Assembly: GCA_964016885.1 (NCBI GenBank)
Contig: OZ024740.1
Span: 263,438,001-263,502,000, forward strand
DNA from: Eledone cirrhosa
Taxonomy: Eukaryota
Direction: 5' to 3'
Length of the DNA: 64,000 nt
The position numbers and the translations under genes were made by a program. The notes beneath the pieces are model-generated. The model was not told where the DNA came from, did not search any database, and saw only the letters and a program-made list of their open reading frames with translations. Positions 43,630 through 59,589 of this stretch are shown one piece after another; within the stretch, counting starts at the first letter, position 1; each line of letters begins with the position of its first letter.

Positions 43630-44044
43630 CATATATACATATAAATACATATATAATATATATATAAATATATATATATACATATATATATATACATATA
43701 TATACATATACATAATATATATATATATACATATATATATATTTATATATATATATAAGCAAAAGGGATATTTAATTTGTTGGTAATTCAACAAATATAT
43801 ATATTTATTCCATTTTAATATATATATATATATTTATATATATACAGGATTGTAAAATGGCGTGCTGTGTTGTTGCATTTGTGATATACAAATTAAAATG
43901 AAGAATTACCAATAGAAGCCTGACTATCCATCATCAGTGGCCTACTAGCCATCATAGGTATTTCTTCGCATTAAAGACCAGATACTTCAGGCTAATGCGA
44001 ACTGTAACTAAAAGAAGTTATTGGGATAAAAAGAATTGGGTGGA

Positions 44045-44130
<86 letters not shown>

Positions 44131-44219
44131 GTTTGTGTATGTGTGTATGTGTGTGTGTGCGTGTGTGTATATATATAAATATATATATATATAAGTATAT
44201 ATATATATGTATATATGTA

Positions 44220-44257
<38 letters not shown>

Positions 44258-44273
44258 AATATATATATATACA

Positions 44274-44314
<41 letters not shown>

Positions 44315-44460
44315 GCATATATATATATATATATATACTTATATATATACATATATATATATACTTATATATATACATACATATACATATATATATATAC
44401 ATACACACACATATATATATATATATATATACATATATATACACACACACATATATATAG

Positions 44461-44535
<75 letters not shown>

Positions 44536-45342
44536 TATATATATATATACATGTGTTTGTGCATATGCGTATGGTATACAAATTATACTTATTGCGGTCT
44601 CAAAATTTCTTTCTCTCTCTTTCTTTTTCACGCTCTCTCTTCCTTCTACACACACTCACACACATTCACGCAGGTACTCGCACACACAAACACCCATTAA
44701 TGAATTGATAGCCAAAGACGTCCAGTATCAGTATAGCTCACTCACTCAAGTTGTGGGCGTGTCTAAGAGGTCGATGTCTTAGTGTACCATTGATAGATAG
44801 ATTCGTCTCATCGCGCACGCGTAAATCGTTTCTTTAGCGAACACCCAGTGAATTTGCTGCTATCACTAGCCACACATAATAGATTAGGAGGCACGTTCGT
44901 CTCTGCTTTTTTTAAAATATATGTATGTATATATGTATGATTCTATGTGTTATTTATGCATGTATTCATGTGTTAAGTATGTATGGATATTTGTGTATGT
45001 ATGTATGTATTTTGCATGTATGCATATATGTATGCATGTGTGAAATAAATATATATGTAGATGTATTGTAAATGTATCTATGTATGTATGTTGTATGTAT
45101 ATATATATATATGTATTAATTATGTATGTATGATTGTGTTACGTTTTTGTGTATATGTGTACGTATTTATGCTTCTATTAACTATGTATGTATTCATATA
45201 TGAGACTGTATATCTGCATATATCTGTGTTTGTATGTATAGACTATGTATTAGGTATGCATGTGTGTGTATGTGTGTATGTGTATATATGCCTCTCGGAA
45301 TATTTCATATATTACTTAATACATTATTTATATTTATATAAA

Positions 45343-45525
45343 ATAATTGTTTATACTTTTGGCACAAGGCCAGCAATTATGCCAGTGCATTACTGGTACT
45401 TTATTTTATCGACCCCGTAAGGATGAAAGGCAAAGTTAACCTCGATGGGATATGAACTCAGACCGTAAAGGGACGAAACTCCATGTTGTACAGCATGACT
45501 TCGGCCCTCCACCGATACTGCCCTC
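45343..45525 (-). mobile_element. tRNA-derived SINE
   Basis: ggcacaaggccagcaatt...gaactcagaccgtaaagggacg...ccgatactgcc. Confidence 0.85.
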
Positions 45526-46080
45526 AATTATATTCATATAAAATTATACAGCCAGGATATACTCATAAATTATTTTAATTTTCGATGAAGCCGGAATTGG
45601 TTAGAATCCATCTCAGCACTTGAGTAATAACTTTATATAACCTGGAGGGTTTCATGTCAAACATGACCACTAGGTTGTGAACTCAGAGCAACTCATTCTA
45701 TCCGGTGCTCTAACGACTTCATTAATTGCCACCATCTTTTATCGTTTACAGACCTTCTCCAGAAAATTTGGTCCAGTTACATATGCTATGTAAACAAAAC
45801 CAAAGAATAAAAGGAAAACAATATATATGATGAAATAAATTCTTTAGTTGCAGTTTCGTATTTCGTATTTCTCTTCGAGAACATGCTAATAGCGCTATAT
45901 ACATATATATATATATATATACACACACATATATATGTATATACACGCACAGGCACACACACACTTATATATATATATGTAGATATTAAACATGGATTTA
46001 ATTTGTTAACCTTGGCTTTCTTCATTTTAAATATATATACAGACACACACACACATATATATAAATATATATATGTGTGT

Positions 46081-46123
<43 letters not shown>

Positions 46124-47507
46124 TGTGTGTCTGATCAATTGCTATTTATATCCATGTCATCTCCACTTACACAATAAGGGAAAGCTTCAACACGAAACAC
46201 ATGTGACTGTGTTAGTGTCTCCACACCGTTGGGCCACCTTTGATACAAGGGCTTGCAAAACCAAAGCTGTGTGGGGATCGAACTTACTATTATTTCTCCA
46301 TTAAGAACAAATTGTTGAGAAATACGTCTTGAAATTACTACAACAAACAAACAACTACTACTACTGCTGCTACTACTGCTGCTACTACTGCTACTACTAC
46401 TACTACAATTTCACCTACTACTACTACTCATACTACTACTACTACATTTCTTAACAATAGCCTTTCCCTTAGTGAAAAATGGTGGCGCGGATTTGTGAGA
46501 CGGGCATGTTTGGACAGGCCTGCTTGAAACATTGCTAGTCTTTCTGCAACCACCTTACACGAGTACTGCCCTGGGGAGTAACATTCCAGATGCAAATCCA
46601 TGGTTAGTTATAATTTAGGAGGACATTTAGACATTTAGCAAACATAAAGAATTTTATAATAAGCAAAATGTCACCATTTTTCGGAGGTGGGAGATGGGGA
46701 ACAGTCAGTTAGATGTACTCTAGTAGTTTAGTAATATTTATTTCATAGACACCATTAAGGGAAAAAATCGTATTCGATGCTGGTGAAATTTGGGAAGTAG
46801 AAAGATTTGAAATGCAAGGTACATAACCCAATATATCACGACATTTATTCAGAGCTCTTCCGACATCATTCATTTCCATTGCTTAACAACAATGATAATT
46901 GTTACTAGTGTAGAAAAAAGATCAGAAATGTCAGGAGATGGTTTAGTTTCGTAAATCGAACCCACTATTTAATTTGTACATTATTTTATGAAAGGATGAA
47001 AACTTTGGCGGGATTCGAACTCCGAACTTAAAAGACTGTAACTAAACGACAAGGTATATTGTCCGACAGTCTAAACAATACTGCTAATCCAACACACTCG
47101 ATACTAATAGCTATAATATAAATAATAATAATACGTTATTGTGGTACCTTATGGATTTGTGACTTGCTCGACTGAGCCTTTATTTATCTTCAGGGCAGAT
47201 CAGAGTACTGGTGAGATTATCTTTCCTTCTTAATCTGCTCTATTTCAGTGGATTATCATATCAAGCATTTGCGTGTTAAATATTTAAATGAAAATCTTAA
47301 TCCCTAGTCGATAGGGTCAGTTATTAGCTCCAGTATATATAGCATTCACGGCTGGTTGATATATAATTGTTCATAATTTTTACTTGAAATATATTTCTAC
47401 TATTCTTATTAGAATAATGTCGTAATGGACCTTTAAATTAACTCTGATTTAGCGACATCATTCATTAAGTATTTTTCCATTAAAAGTAAATAACAGGGGT
47501 CCCTTAT

Positions 47508-47708
47508 TTTGGCACAAGACCAACAATTTGGCTTAAGGGAAAAGTCGATTAAATCGATCCCAGTGCGTTATTGGTACCTTATTGTATCGACCTCGTAAGG
47601 ATGAAAGGTAATATGCACCACCGTGGGCTGGATTCTAATTCAGAACGTAAAGGGACGTAACTATACGCCGTAAAGCATGTTGTCCGACACTCTACCGATA
47701 TTGCCTAA
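47508..47708 (-). mobile_element. tRNA-derived SINE, diverged
   Basis: Same motif order as 12427-12612; further decayed copies at ~46650-47100 and ~49550-49765. Confidence 0.75.
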
Positions 47709-47885
47709 TAGTAAAAACATTTCTTCCGCATTTAAATCATCTCATTCAGCCTTCTCCCAGGCCACCCCTTTTCTCTCTAGTATCTTCTACTTCCATTATT
47801 TGTATTTCTCTGAGACATTTGTATTTGGAATAGATTCTAAGACAACTGAATTATTTAGTGGGGAAAAAGAGATAACTAGTGGGGT

Positions 47886-47887
<2 letters not shown>

Positions 47888-47943
<56 letters not shown>

Positions 47944-47969
47944 ATATATATATGATATATATATATATA

Positions 47970-48036
<67 letters not shown>

Positions 48037-48269
48037 TATATATATGATATATATATATGATATATATATATGATATATATATATATATGATATATATATA
48101 TATATGATATATATATATATGATATATATATATATATATATATGATATATATATATGATATATATATATATCATATATATATATATATATGATATATATA
48201 TATATATCATATATATATATCATATATATATATATATTATATATATATATATATCATATATATATATAT

Positions 48270-48330
<61 letters not shown>

Positions 48331-48673
48331 TATATATATGATATATATATATATATATGATATATATATATATATATGATATATATATATATATGATATA
48401 TATATATATATGATATATATATATATGTGATATATATATATATATGATATATATATATATATATATATGATATATATATATATGATATATATATATATGA
48501 TATATATATATATGATATATATATATATGATATATATATATGATATATATATATATGATATATATATATGATATATATATATATGATATATATATATATG
48601 ATATATATATATATATGATATATATATATATATGATATATATATATATATGATATATATATATGATATATATA

Positions 48674-48755
<82 letters not shown>
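47888..48755. repeat. Compound microsatellite of (TA)n punctuated by TGA/TCA
   Basis: Repeating tatatatatgatatatata units. Confidence 0.95.
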
Positions 48756-48758
<3 letters not shown>

Positions 48759-48789
48759 ATTGCAAACTTGACTGTCACCACTGAATATA

Positions 48790-48823
48790 AACCTGAAGAT
48801 TGCGAAAGCATGAAGTACTTGTT
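48790..48823 (+). ncRNA. Degenerate minimal hammerhead candidate
   Basis: aac-CUGAAGA-t-tgc(gaaa)gca-t-GAA-gtac-UU|gtt; one A of GAAA is missing. Confidence 0.5.
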
Positions 48824-48966
48824 CATTTAACATTCTACCATACTATTTCATTATAGTATCATTATAATTTTAAAGGATGGTAAATACAACGAGTAAATCA
48901 GACAAAGTTGGAATTCCTTTTATTAACATAATCTTCTATACACAATCATACACACCCGTGTATATT

Positions 48967-49081
<115 letters not shown>

Positions 49082-49184
49082 CTATCTATCTATCTCTCTC
49101 TATATATATCTATATCTATCTATATATCTATCTATATATTTATATATCTCTCTATCTATCTATCTATCTATCTATCTCTCTATA

Positions 49185-49250
<66 letters not shown>

Positions 49251-50699
49251 GAGAGAGAGAGATGTTCTGAAATGAGGAGTTCTATAACTCTAGAGGCATC
49301 AGATTTAATAATATAATATAATTGGTAAAAACCTTCGAGATAAGAAATGAAAATGTTTCGCACCTAGAACGTCCAACACAAACGTTTTATAACGTAGCCT
49401 AACAGTTCGCCCAATTATATATATGAAAAAAAAAACAATTTAAAAGGAATCTCTATAATAAGACCTAAAACACAAAATTTGATGGAGAAGAATAATGACT
49501 AAAATTATTATAAGCAATATTTGAGTGAGATTTAATTTGACCAGTGTAATAATTTCTAACTAAGGCACAAGTCAAGCTGTTTGGGAGGAAAGGTAATCAA
49601 TTAAATACAACCAGTACTTGACCAGTATATTATTTTATCGACCCCGGGAAAGGAAATGCGAAGTTGAACTTAGGGGTTAATTTGATTCAGGGTGTAAAGA
49701 GCCGTAAATAAATACGGAAATCTTTTTGTACGACGCTCTGTCGATGATTCCGCCAATATATCACCCTGATACTATAATGTCATCACATATTATATGCTAT
49801 TTACTTATGATATAATATATATAATATATCTGTAAACAATCATGGTAGAGTTTCGCAAAAATAAATCACTCATGTAAAAGAGTATGTATACAATAGGTAA
49901 GTTGAGGGGCCATCATAACAAGTCAGCTAGCTCTGTTGGTATACACAATGGCTGACTCAATAAACAATACACATACATCACTAAACGCAGGAGCCTGTAC
50001 ATACATGACTCACATCATTACACCTAAATATAAGTACAAATAAAGCAAATAAAGCACAACAAAACATACATCGCTCATAGAAAATTACAAAGACACCAAT
50101 ACAAACACAAGTATACATAACCATTACACACATACATGGCAACATCCATAAATACATATACACCACCTCATTCACAGCTACACATACACCGCTGGACACA
50201 ATGTTACACATAAACATACGTATATAACACTATATACATCACTATAGACACAGTGTGCCAGCTAAAATGGCTGCTGTAGAAATCCTAGAGAATAGCTGAG
50301 AAAGAAATTACTATATATTATACAAAAGAAGAAAAAAGTAAAAATCAATGAAAGCAAACGCAACAAACACCATAAAAAAATACCAGCAATAATACCTATG
50401 TTATTTGGAATTGTGTTGCACTATCAAACATATGCAGCACATGTTGATATCTACATCAGTGGTCGAAAAATTATAGAGGACATGCCATGGGGGCTTGGGA
50501 AACGAGTAGGGTTGCATGTATGTATTTAAAATCCAATATTGCCACAAAAAGAAAAAAAATAAGGTACCTTCAAGATATCGGCAAGGGTACACAAAATTGA
50601 AAATGGACTTTTTCATTCTGATGACTGAATGCAGATTTGTTGCTTTCAAGAAACCACTGGTAAATGAAATAATTATCTTATGTTGTTTATTACATAAAA

Positions 50700-50985
50700 T
50701 TATATAATATAATACATATGTGTGTATATATATTATATATATAATATATATATATGTATGTATATATATTATATATATTATATATTTGTGTGTATGTATA
50801 TATATATCATATATACAATATATATATGTCTGTATGTATATATATCATATATATATATAATATATATATGTGTGTATATATATCGTATATATATAATATA
50901 TATATGTATATATATATATTATATATATAATATAAATGTGTGTATGTATATATATATATATTATATATATAATATAGATATATAC

Positions 50986-51040
<55 letters not shown>

Positions 51041-51061
51041 AGTGTATATGTATATATATAT

Positions 51062-51110
<49 letters not shown>

Positions 51111-51377
51111 ATATACATATTTGTATATATATATATTATATATATAATACATATATATAATATATATGTGTGTATATATATCGTATATATACAATATATA
51201 TATGTATATATATATATTATATATGTAATATATATGTGTGTATGTATATATATATATTATATATATAATATATATATATACATATACATATATATACATA
51301 TGTGTGTAAGTATATATATATATATTATATATATACACACATATATATATATATATACATAAGTGTGTATATATATG

Positions 51378-51422
<45 letters not shown>

Positions 51423-51450
51423 AATATAATATATATATATAATATATATA

Positions 51451-51499
<49 letters not shown>

Positions 51500-51535
51500 A
51501 TATACATATATGTATATATATATGTATATATATAT

Positions 51536-51613
<78 letters not shown>

Positions 51614-51804
51614 TGTGTATATATATATATATATATGTCTGTATGTATATATAACATATATATATATATAATATATATATATGTGTGTATATATATCGTA
51701 TATATATAATATGTATGTGTGTATGTACATATCAATATTATATATATAATATATATATATACCTATATATATATATACATATGGGTGTAAATATATATAT
51801 GTAT

Positions 51805-51849
<45 letters not shown>

Positions 51850-52047
51850 AGTGTGTATGTATATATATATATTATATATAGGATATAAATATATATATAT
51901 GTGTGTGTGTGTATGTATATATATATTATATATATAATAAATATGTACATATATATATATATATATGTGTATGTATATATATATATTATATATATATATT
52001 ATATATATATATAATATATATATGTGTGTATGTATATATATATATAT

Positions 52048-52099
<52 letters not shown>

Positions 52100-52175
52100 G
52101 TGTGTTTATTTATGTATATATATATATATATATATATGTATATACATATATATTATAAATATACATATATGTATA

Positions 52176-52254
<79 letters not shown>

Positions 52255-52280
52255 ATATACATATATGTATATACATATAT

Positions 52281-52314
<34 letters not shown>

Positions 52315-52354
52315 TACAAGTATACATATATGTATATATATATATTATATATAT

Positions 52355-52424
<70 letters not shown>

Positions 52425-52644
52425 TAAGTGTGTATATATACATATAAGTGTATATACACATAAGTGTATATATATAAGTGTGCACATACATATACACATA
52501 CATATACGCATACATATACACATATGTTATATATATAATATATATACATATATGTATATAATATATATATATATACATATATATATAAATATATAATATA
52601 TTTACATACATACACACACACGCACACACTACACACACACACAC

Positions 52645-52732
<88 letters not shown>

Positions 52733-52744
52733 CATGTATATTAA

Positions 52745-52778
<34 letters not shown>

Positions 52779-52780
52779 CA
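50700..52780. repeat. ~2-kb degenerate (TA)n-rich low-complexity tract
   Basis: Seen directly. Confidence 0.95.
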
Positions 52781-52812
52781 TTTTACGTCCGCGTTATCCC
52801 TGCTTGCAAGTA

Positions 52813-53155
52813 TGCAGTATCAGCATAGTTACGTCCCTTTACCATCTGAGTTCAAATCCCGCCGAGGTTGACTTTGCCTTTCATCCTTACGGTGAAGATA
52901 AAATAAAGTACCAGTAATGCACTGAGTAATTGCTGGCCTTTTGCCTAAAGTAGAAACAATTATATATATATATAATATGTATATATAGATATATATATTA
53001 TATATATATATATAATATATACATATATATATAATTGTTTCTACTCTTGGCACAAGGCCAGAAATTTTCCAGTACATTAATGGTACTTTATTTTATCGAT
53101 CCTGTATATACATACATATAAAATACATAAAATATATGCGCATTTATATATATGC

Positions 53156-53218
<63 letters not shown>

Positions 53219-53224
53219 TGTATC

Positions 53225-53264
<40 letters not shown>

Positions 53265-53290
53265 GATATATATAGATATATATGTATGTA

Positions 53291-53366
<76 letters not shown>

Positions 53367-53664
53367 GTAATAATAATGAATGTGGAGACTAAAATCCAAA
53401 GAGCGTTCAATAAAGATAAATATATATCAGAACCCTAGAGCAAATATTTATTAAAATAATAATATATATATATTTATAATAATAATAATTGTTTCTGTTT
53501 TTGGCACAAGGTCAGCAATTATGTCAGTGCATTACTGGTATTTTATTTTATCGACCCCGTAGGATGAAAGGCAAAGTTAACCTCGGCGGGATTTGAACTC
53601 AGAATGGCCAGGGATCTATGTCAAAGCATCGCGTCCGACCCTCTACCGATATTGCCAATCCACC
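52813..53664. mobile_element. Three SINE copies: 52813-52962 (+), ~53030-53105 (-, partial), ~53485-53664 (-)
   Basis: Family motifs gagttcaaatcccgccgagg, aaagtaccagtaatgcactg and ggcacaagg. Confidence 0.85.
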
Positions 53665-53666
53665 AT

Positions 53667-53705
<39 letters not shown>

Positions 53706-53727
53706 CATACATATATATTTATATACT

Positions 53728-53777
<50 letters not shown>

Positions 53778-53778
53778 C

Positions 53779-53825
<47 letters not shown>

Positions 53826-53886
53826 CATATATATATATACACATATATATATATACATATACATATATATACATATATACATATAC

Positions 53887-53919
<33 letters not shown>

Positions 53920-54050
53920 CATATATATATACACATATATATATACACATATATTTATACTTCAATTTATTAAAATAAATTTATAAATTTAGGAATTTAT
54001 AAATTACCGATTGGTTGGTTGCTTCCACAACCATATGATTGTTATATATT

Positions 54051-54093
54051 GTCAAAGTTCTTTCGTCACACATTATGTGACCTCTTCAGTGAC
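54051..54093 (-). ncRNA. Minimal type I hammerhead ribozyme, family D (within element ~53965-54150)
   Basis: Reverse complement of gtcaaagttctttcgtcacacattatgtgacctcttcagtgac; identical to 42860-42902. Confidence 0.85.
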
Positions 54094-54201
54094 TGAGGAT
54101 TATTTTCTTTGTTTTTGTGCCGCTCTTTCGTTCTGTCCTACGCCATCTTGTTTCTACGTTTGGCACAAGGCCATCAATTATCTCAGTGCATTACATATCT
54201 T

Positions 54202-54375
<174 letters not shown>

Positions 54376-54386
54376 CATATATATAC

Positions 54387-54438
<52 letters not shown>

Positions 54439-54843
54439 TATACATATATACATATATACATATATACATATATATACATATATACATATATTTATATATA
54501 CACACAGAGGGATATAGTTAAGGGAGCGAAGTTGATTAATACAGGACCAAATATAGTTTTAAGTTAGTGTCTGTGTTTTGTGTGTGTTTTACTATGTATA
54601 CAATCAAACGACTCTCACAGTTTCGGATATAAATTCGAAAGTTATTTTCTTTTATTTACCATTATTAAAATAAGAAATATGTATTAATATTGAAATATTA
54701 TTTTAGACTCTCTTTGCCGTTCTTGGAATTAGATAGCTCATTTCTTAATGTGTAAATTATATGCAAATTAGTACGTCCATCTCATAATACTTAGATTTAT
54801 AAGCCCACCTCATATGAGTTTCGCTGTGGTAGAGTGATAATAT

Positions 54844-54896
54844 AGACGCTTTCTGATGAAGATCAAATTAGATCTGAAAATCGATTAAAGATGTTT
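54844..54896 (+). ncRNA. Type I hammerhead ribozyme, family G
   Basis: agacgcttt-CUGAUGA-agatc(aaatta)gatct-GAAA-atcgat-UA|aagatgttt; palindromic stem III; stem I pairs with G-U wobbles and one mismatch. Confidence 0.8.
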
Positions 54897-55054
54897 GTCA
54901 TATTTTAAATGTGTGTTTGTTTATATAAAGTTGACATATGTATAGTGTAGTTCTAAAATGATTATATAACCTCCCTAGATTAGGCAGAACATAAAAGCGT
55001 ATATATATATATATATACTATACCCACATAGGCTTAGTCATACATGCACATACT

Positions 55055-55085
<31 letters not shown>

Positions 55086-55089
55086 ACAC

Positions 55090-55146
<57 letters not shown>

Positions 55147-55611
55147 TATTCACTACTCTCACACAGCCAAATGATAAATGCATAATTATAACAATTATAT
55201 AAAATCATGCCTCCTCATTAAAAGATGTATTAGTATGTAATTGAATGATGATAGGGAAACACCAAAGACTAAATGATAAAAGGGAAACTGCTGACAGAAT
55301 TTCAACCATATTCTTACGATGTTGATAATCTACCAATCTTTACATCTACACCACTGCTATCTAGTTTGTACTGATCGTATGTATCTAGGTGTCAGCGTGT
55401 GTGCATGTGTGTGTATATGTTGTCTCTATGTATTTGTGTGTAAGTATGCAATGCAGTGTTAAGTAGACAACCTACGCCATTCAACCTATTTAAAATGCTC
55501 GTTCACACGTGCCATATCACCAAGCATGCAGTGCTGAATATTATGTAAACAAAGAGAAGGATTATCATTTTGTATTCGTTCTTCTGTTATGTATATCATT
55601 ACAGTAGCCCT

Positions 55612-56128
55612 AAGCCTGACTTGGTGGTTATGATGTTTAGCTCACGATCATAACGTCATAACGTCGTGATTTCGTTTCCCGGATAGGTTTCCGCGTTTTG
55701 TCCTCCGTTTCACTTGCTCCAGTTCAATCAGTTGGAGAAAAATAAGACGAATCTGAGACTCATATGGCCAGAGAGACTTGTCACACGCTGTATCACATTG
55801 AGGAACTACGTTAAGAATACACCACCGGGGTATACACAGTCACGTTAATTTTACGATCAAGGTGTTCCTCTTGTTAAACCACTGGAAATGATTTTCGTGT
55901 CCCGGATCGGGTGTCACGATGTGTCTTTTAGGATGGCACTTACTCCAGTACAATAAGCTGGAAGAAAATAAGACGAACCTGGGATTCATATGGCCAGACA
56001 CGCTGTATCACGCTGAAGAACTAGGTTAAGAATACACGTGTCTGGAGTTTGCTCAGGCACGTTGATTTTACGATCAGGCTGTTCCACTTGTTAGGCCAAT
56101 GGAACCGCCATCGTTGTAACCGACACAG
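55612..56128 (+). mobile_element. Tandem pair of decayed tRNA-derived SINEs (third family)
   Basis: tRNA-like head (ggtggtta...gctcacgatc...gatttcgtttcccgg); body catatggccaga..cacgctgtatcac..gaacta.gttaagaatacac..ttttacgatca occurs twice. Confidence 0.7.
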
Positions 56129-56384
56129 TTTGATTATTCAAAAATATGTCTATAGGATTCAATTCGTTCATACTGCTTGTCTTTTCATTTTTCTACTAAT
56201 TTGTTTTAGAGTTTAAAATCATGTTTAAAATCATATATTGTTTTGTTTCATTTGTTTTGTTTGTCTTTTGAATATGTCTTTTCCCTTCCCTTTAGTATAG
56301 ATATTGTTTTTCTTTTTTTCTTACGCGTAAATGTGACTAATTGTGTACGTACATAGATTCCTTATAATTATTACTATGATTATT

Positions 56385-57450
56385 AAGGGCGGTGGATTAG
56401 CAGTATCAGGTGAGCATCGAACAACATACTTTGCGGAATATAATTACAACCTTTTCCGTTCTGAATTGAAATCCGCCTATTTTATCTTTTCCTTTCATCT
56501 ATACACAGTGGAGAGAAAAGAATGTACCAGCACCAGAGTCGATTTAATCAAATTTCCCCTTCACCAAAAAATTGTTAGCTTTGACCTAAATCAGTAACCA
56601 TTATAAGGCAGGGGATTGGCAGTATCGGTAGAGGGTTGGACGCCATGTTTTGACGCATAGAGTTACGGCCCTTGCCATTCTGAGTTCAAATCCCGCCAAG
56701 GTTAACTTTGCCTTTCATCCTTACGGGGTCGATAAAATAAAGTACCAGTAATATACTGGAAAATTGCTGGCCTTGTGACAAAAGTAGAAACAATTATATA
56801 ATATTATTTAACGACTGATCATATTTTAGGTTGCTGAGTTTTTTGCGGTATATATTTACGTGCTTTTACGTTCTGAGTTTAAATCCCGCAAAGGCTAGCT
56901 TTATCTTTCACCCTTACATGGTCAATAAGATAAATTACTAGTAAACACTGGTGTCGATTTAATAGATTTTCCAATCCCTTCAAATTGCTGACCTTGTGTC
57001 AAAAGTCGAAACAATTATTACTATGATTTTTATAGAGCGTGGTGAGTCGCAGAATAGTTAAATTGGAGGAATCAACACTTTACAGTATTTAGTTATTCCT
57101 ATATATACTTTGTTCAACACCCGCAGAAGTCAACATGGGATTTTATTCTTTCGGAGTAGGTAAAATAAAGTATCAGTCAAGTATTGGAGTTGATTTAAAT
57201 GACTATACACAATTTATGGCCATTACTCTGTGTAAGAAAATACAAAATGGCAGTGGTTAGTGAGAATCGATAGAGCATCGGATACAATGATTTGATGTAT
57301 TTCAGTTACGGTGTTTTACATTCTAGATTAATCTATACGTAGTTAATTTTGTTTCGCCCTCTTCTGGCCTTATTCATAAGTTTTAATAATTTTGTTGTTG
57401 GTGATGTTCTTATTTGTTGCTGTTATGTAATAAACATTCAACACATCATA

Positions 57451-57543
<93 letters not shown>

Positions 57544-57800
57544 TGCCCAAGTGATGTGGTATAATTCTCAAATCGTATGATAAAAATAATTATTTCTAAA
57601 ATTGACAGAAGGATAGCAACTCTGGGGCAGGGAAAAGTCGATTATATCAACTCCTCTACTTAACTGACACATTATTCTATCAACCAGAGAGTGATGAAGG
57701 GCATAGTTGAGCTTTCCAGGTTTTGAACTCAGAATGCAGAAAGTCGTAACTAAATACCGCAAAGAAATTGAGCGACGTTCTCCCGGTATTGTCAAACTAG
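56385..57800. mobile_element. Cluster of main-family SINEs of different ages; best copy 56606-56797 (+); last copy ~57595-57795 (-)
   Basis: Repeated head/B-box/tail motif order, about five times on + and once on -. Confidence 0.8.
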
Positions 57801-59404
57801 CACACTTCGTATATTCAACTGTAATAATAACTAAAGTGTCTATATTTATTTATTTATATATTTGCCCGTCACCCACTGGTGGATGATTGAGGAAGGAAGG
57901 GGTTTTCACAAACTGTAGAAACATCGACCAGCGTTCTAAGATTTGCTACACGTGTGTGTATATCTAGCTAATTGTCTACATATTTTGTTTATTGTTATTG
58001 TGTTTGTGTGTTTATATCACTTATGTGAGTGCATGTGTGAGTGTGTGTATGTGTAGCAAATTGGCTACACATGTTGACTATTATGATCGTGTGAGTGTTT
58101 GTATGTTTATATCTCTTGTGTGAGTATATAATAAATGTTTTTGATATATTTATATTTGTGTTGGTGTATGTTTGTTTCTCTGTTCATATTTATATTCTCA
58201 TACATATAAGTGTATACATTGGCACCCTAAGGTTATCTTCGTTATTTATGTTATTTGCGGGTAGTTTTTGCTATAAAAGAATTATTACACTAAAAACTTG
58301 GTTTTGTACCATTTATATATAAAATACTACAATTATCCAACAATTTTGACGGCACGGGGCCAGGTAGTAAATAAGAATATCTTCCGCCTTAAAACGTTGT
58401 GGAAGCTCTTATGGCGATCTTGAATGTTACATAGCCATATGCTCAGAGAGACGCATGTTTATAAACACACTGCGGTGGAAAGAGAAAAAAATATAGATTA
58501 AGGCATAGCCAGAGGGGTGGAACAGAAAGAGAGTGGGGTCAGTAGTAATAGATACTACGCAAATTAACTACCCATGCTTCATAGGGTACTAACTACCTGC
58601 CTTCAGCTAATGTTGCTTGTGTGACGAGAGAACTATGTTAATCTAAGCAATTACAATCCATTGCAAAACGTTTCACCCCAATACATCTTATGAAAGCAAA
58701 TTATGATAACATTGCTAGGCAGACATAAAAATGTCATTTATTAAGTATTATCTTCGGATTATCATGCTCCATCTGGTAACATAAGCTGCTGACATTTGGC
58801 ATTCTCCATCAATAACAAAGCTTTTAGAAGAAACAAATGAAACGTTGATCAGACGACGAGCATTGGTTAGTGGAGTCGACAAGATGGTTTTAGTAGTGGT
58901 GGTGATAGTGATGGTGGTGATGACGATGGGGGTATGGTGTTGATTGTAATAGTGATGATGATGTTGGCGATGGAGTATGTGCTTGTTGCCATGGCTGTAT
59001 TATGTTTTACAACGTAGAAAAGAAAAGAATGGAGAACCGGTAACGACAACATTAGCTCGAACAGCAACCCAGTTTCTTATTGGAGTCTTCTAAAGAAGGG
59101 TTTATAGACATAAAATATTAGGACAGTTAAATAAAATAACAGGAGACACTAACATCTTTGTTTCCTTCAATTTATTCCGAATCTACCGTTTATTTTGCAT
59201 TGTCGTAGCCTTCAAATAACATAATACTTGAAACCTACCATACGTTTTGACATAAACATAAACAGTGAGTGTTAGGCATTGCTATTGCATATTTCAATCA
59301 CCTCTCTTAAAAGTTCGTATCGTAGCGTCAAGCCTCGACATTCATTACTTGGAGTTTCTAAAAATATTTAGAAAGAATCACCCAGCATTATGATCATTTG
59401 GAAG

Positions 59405-59589
59405 TGGTGGATTGTCAGTATCGGTAGAGGCGTCGGACGCCATACTTTGACGCATAGAGTTACGGTCCTTGCCATTCTGAGTTCAAATCCCGCCGAGGTT
59501 ACCTTTGCCTTTCATCATTACGGGGTCGATAAAATAAAGTACCAGTAATGCACTGGGTAATTCCTGGCCTTGTGCCAAAAGTAAAAACA
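59405..59589 (+). mobile_element. tRNA-derived SINE, full length, 18-bp TSD
   Basis: TSD attatgatcatttggaag at 59387-59404 and 59590-59607. Confidence 0.9.

Noticed and set aside
43905-43950. CUGAUGA on the minus strand (also isolated CUGANGA at ~21734, 25153, 30761, 50618)
   Set aside because: No properly placed GAAA, stem III or closing stem I.
50401-50530. Frame containing MPWGLGKR, neuropeptide-like
   Set aside because: Single occurrence, with no signal peptide, repeats or clear splice sites; likely chance.
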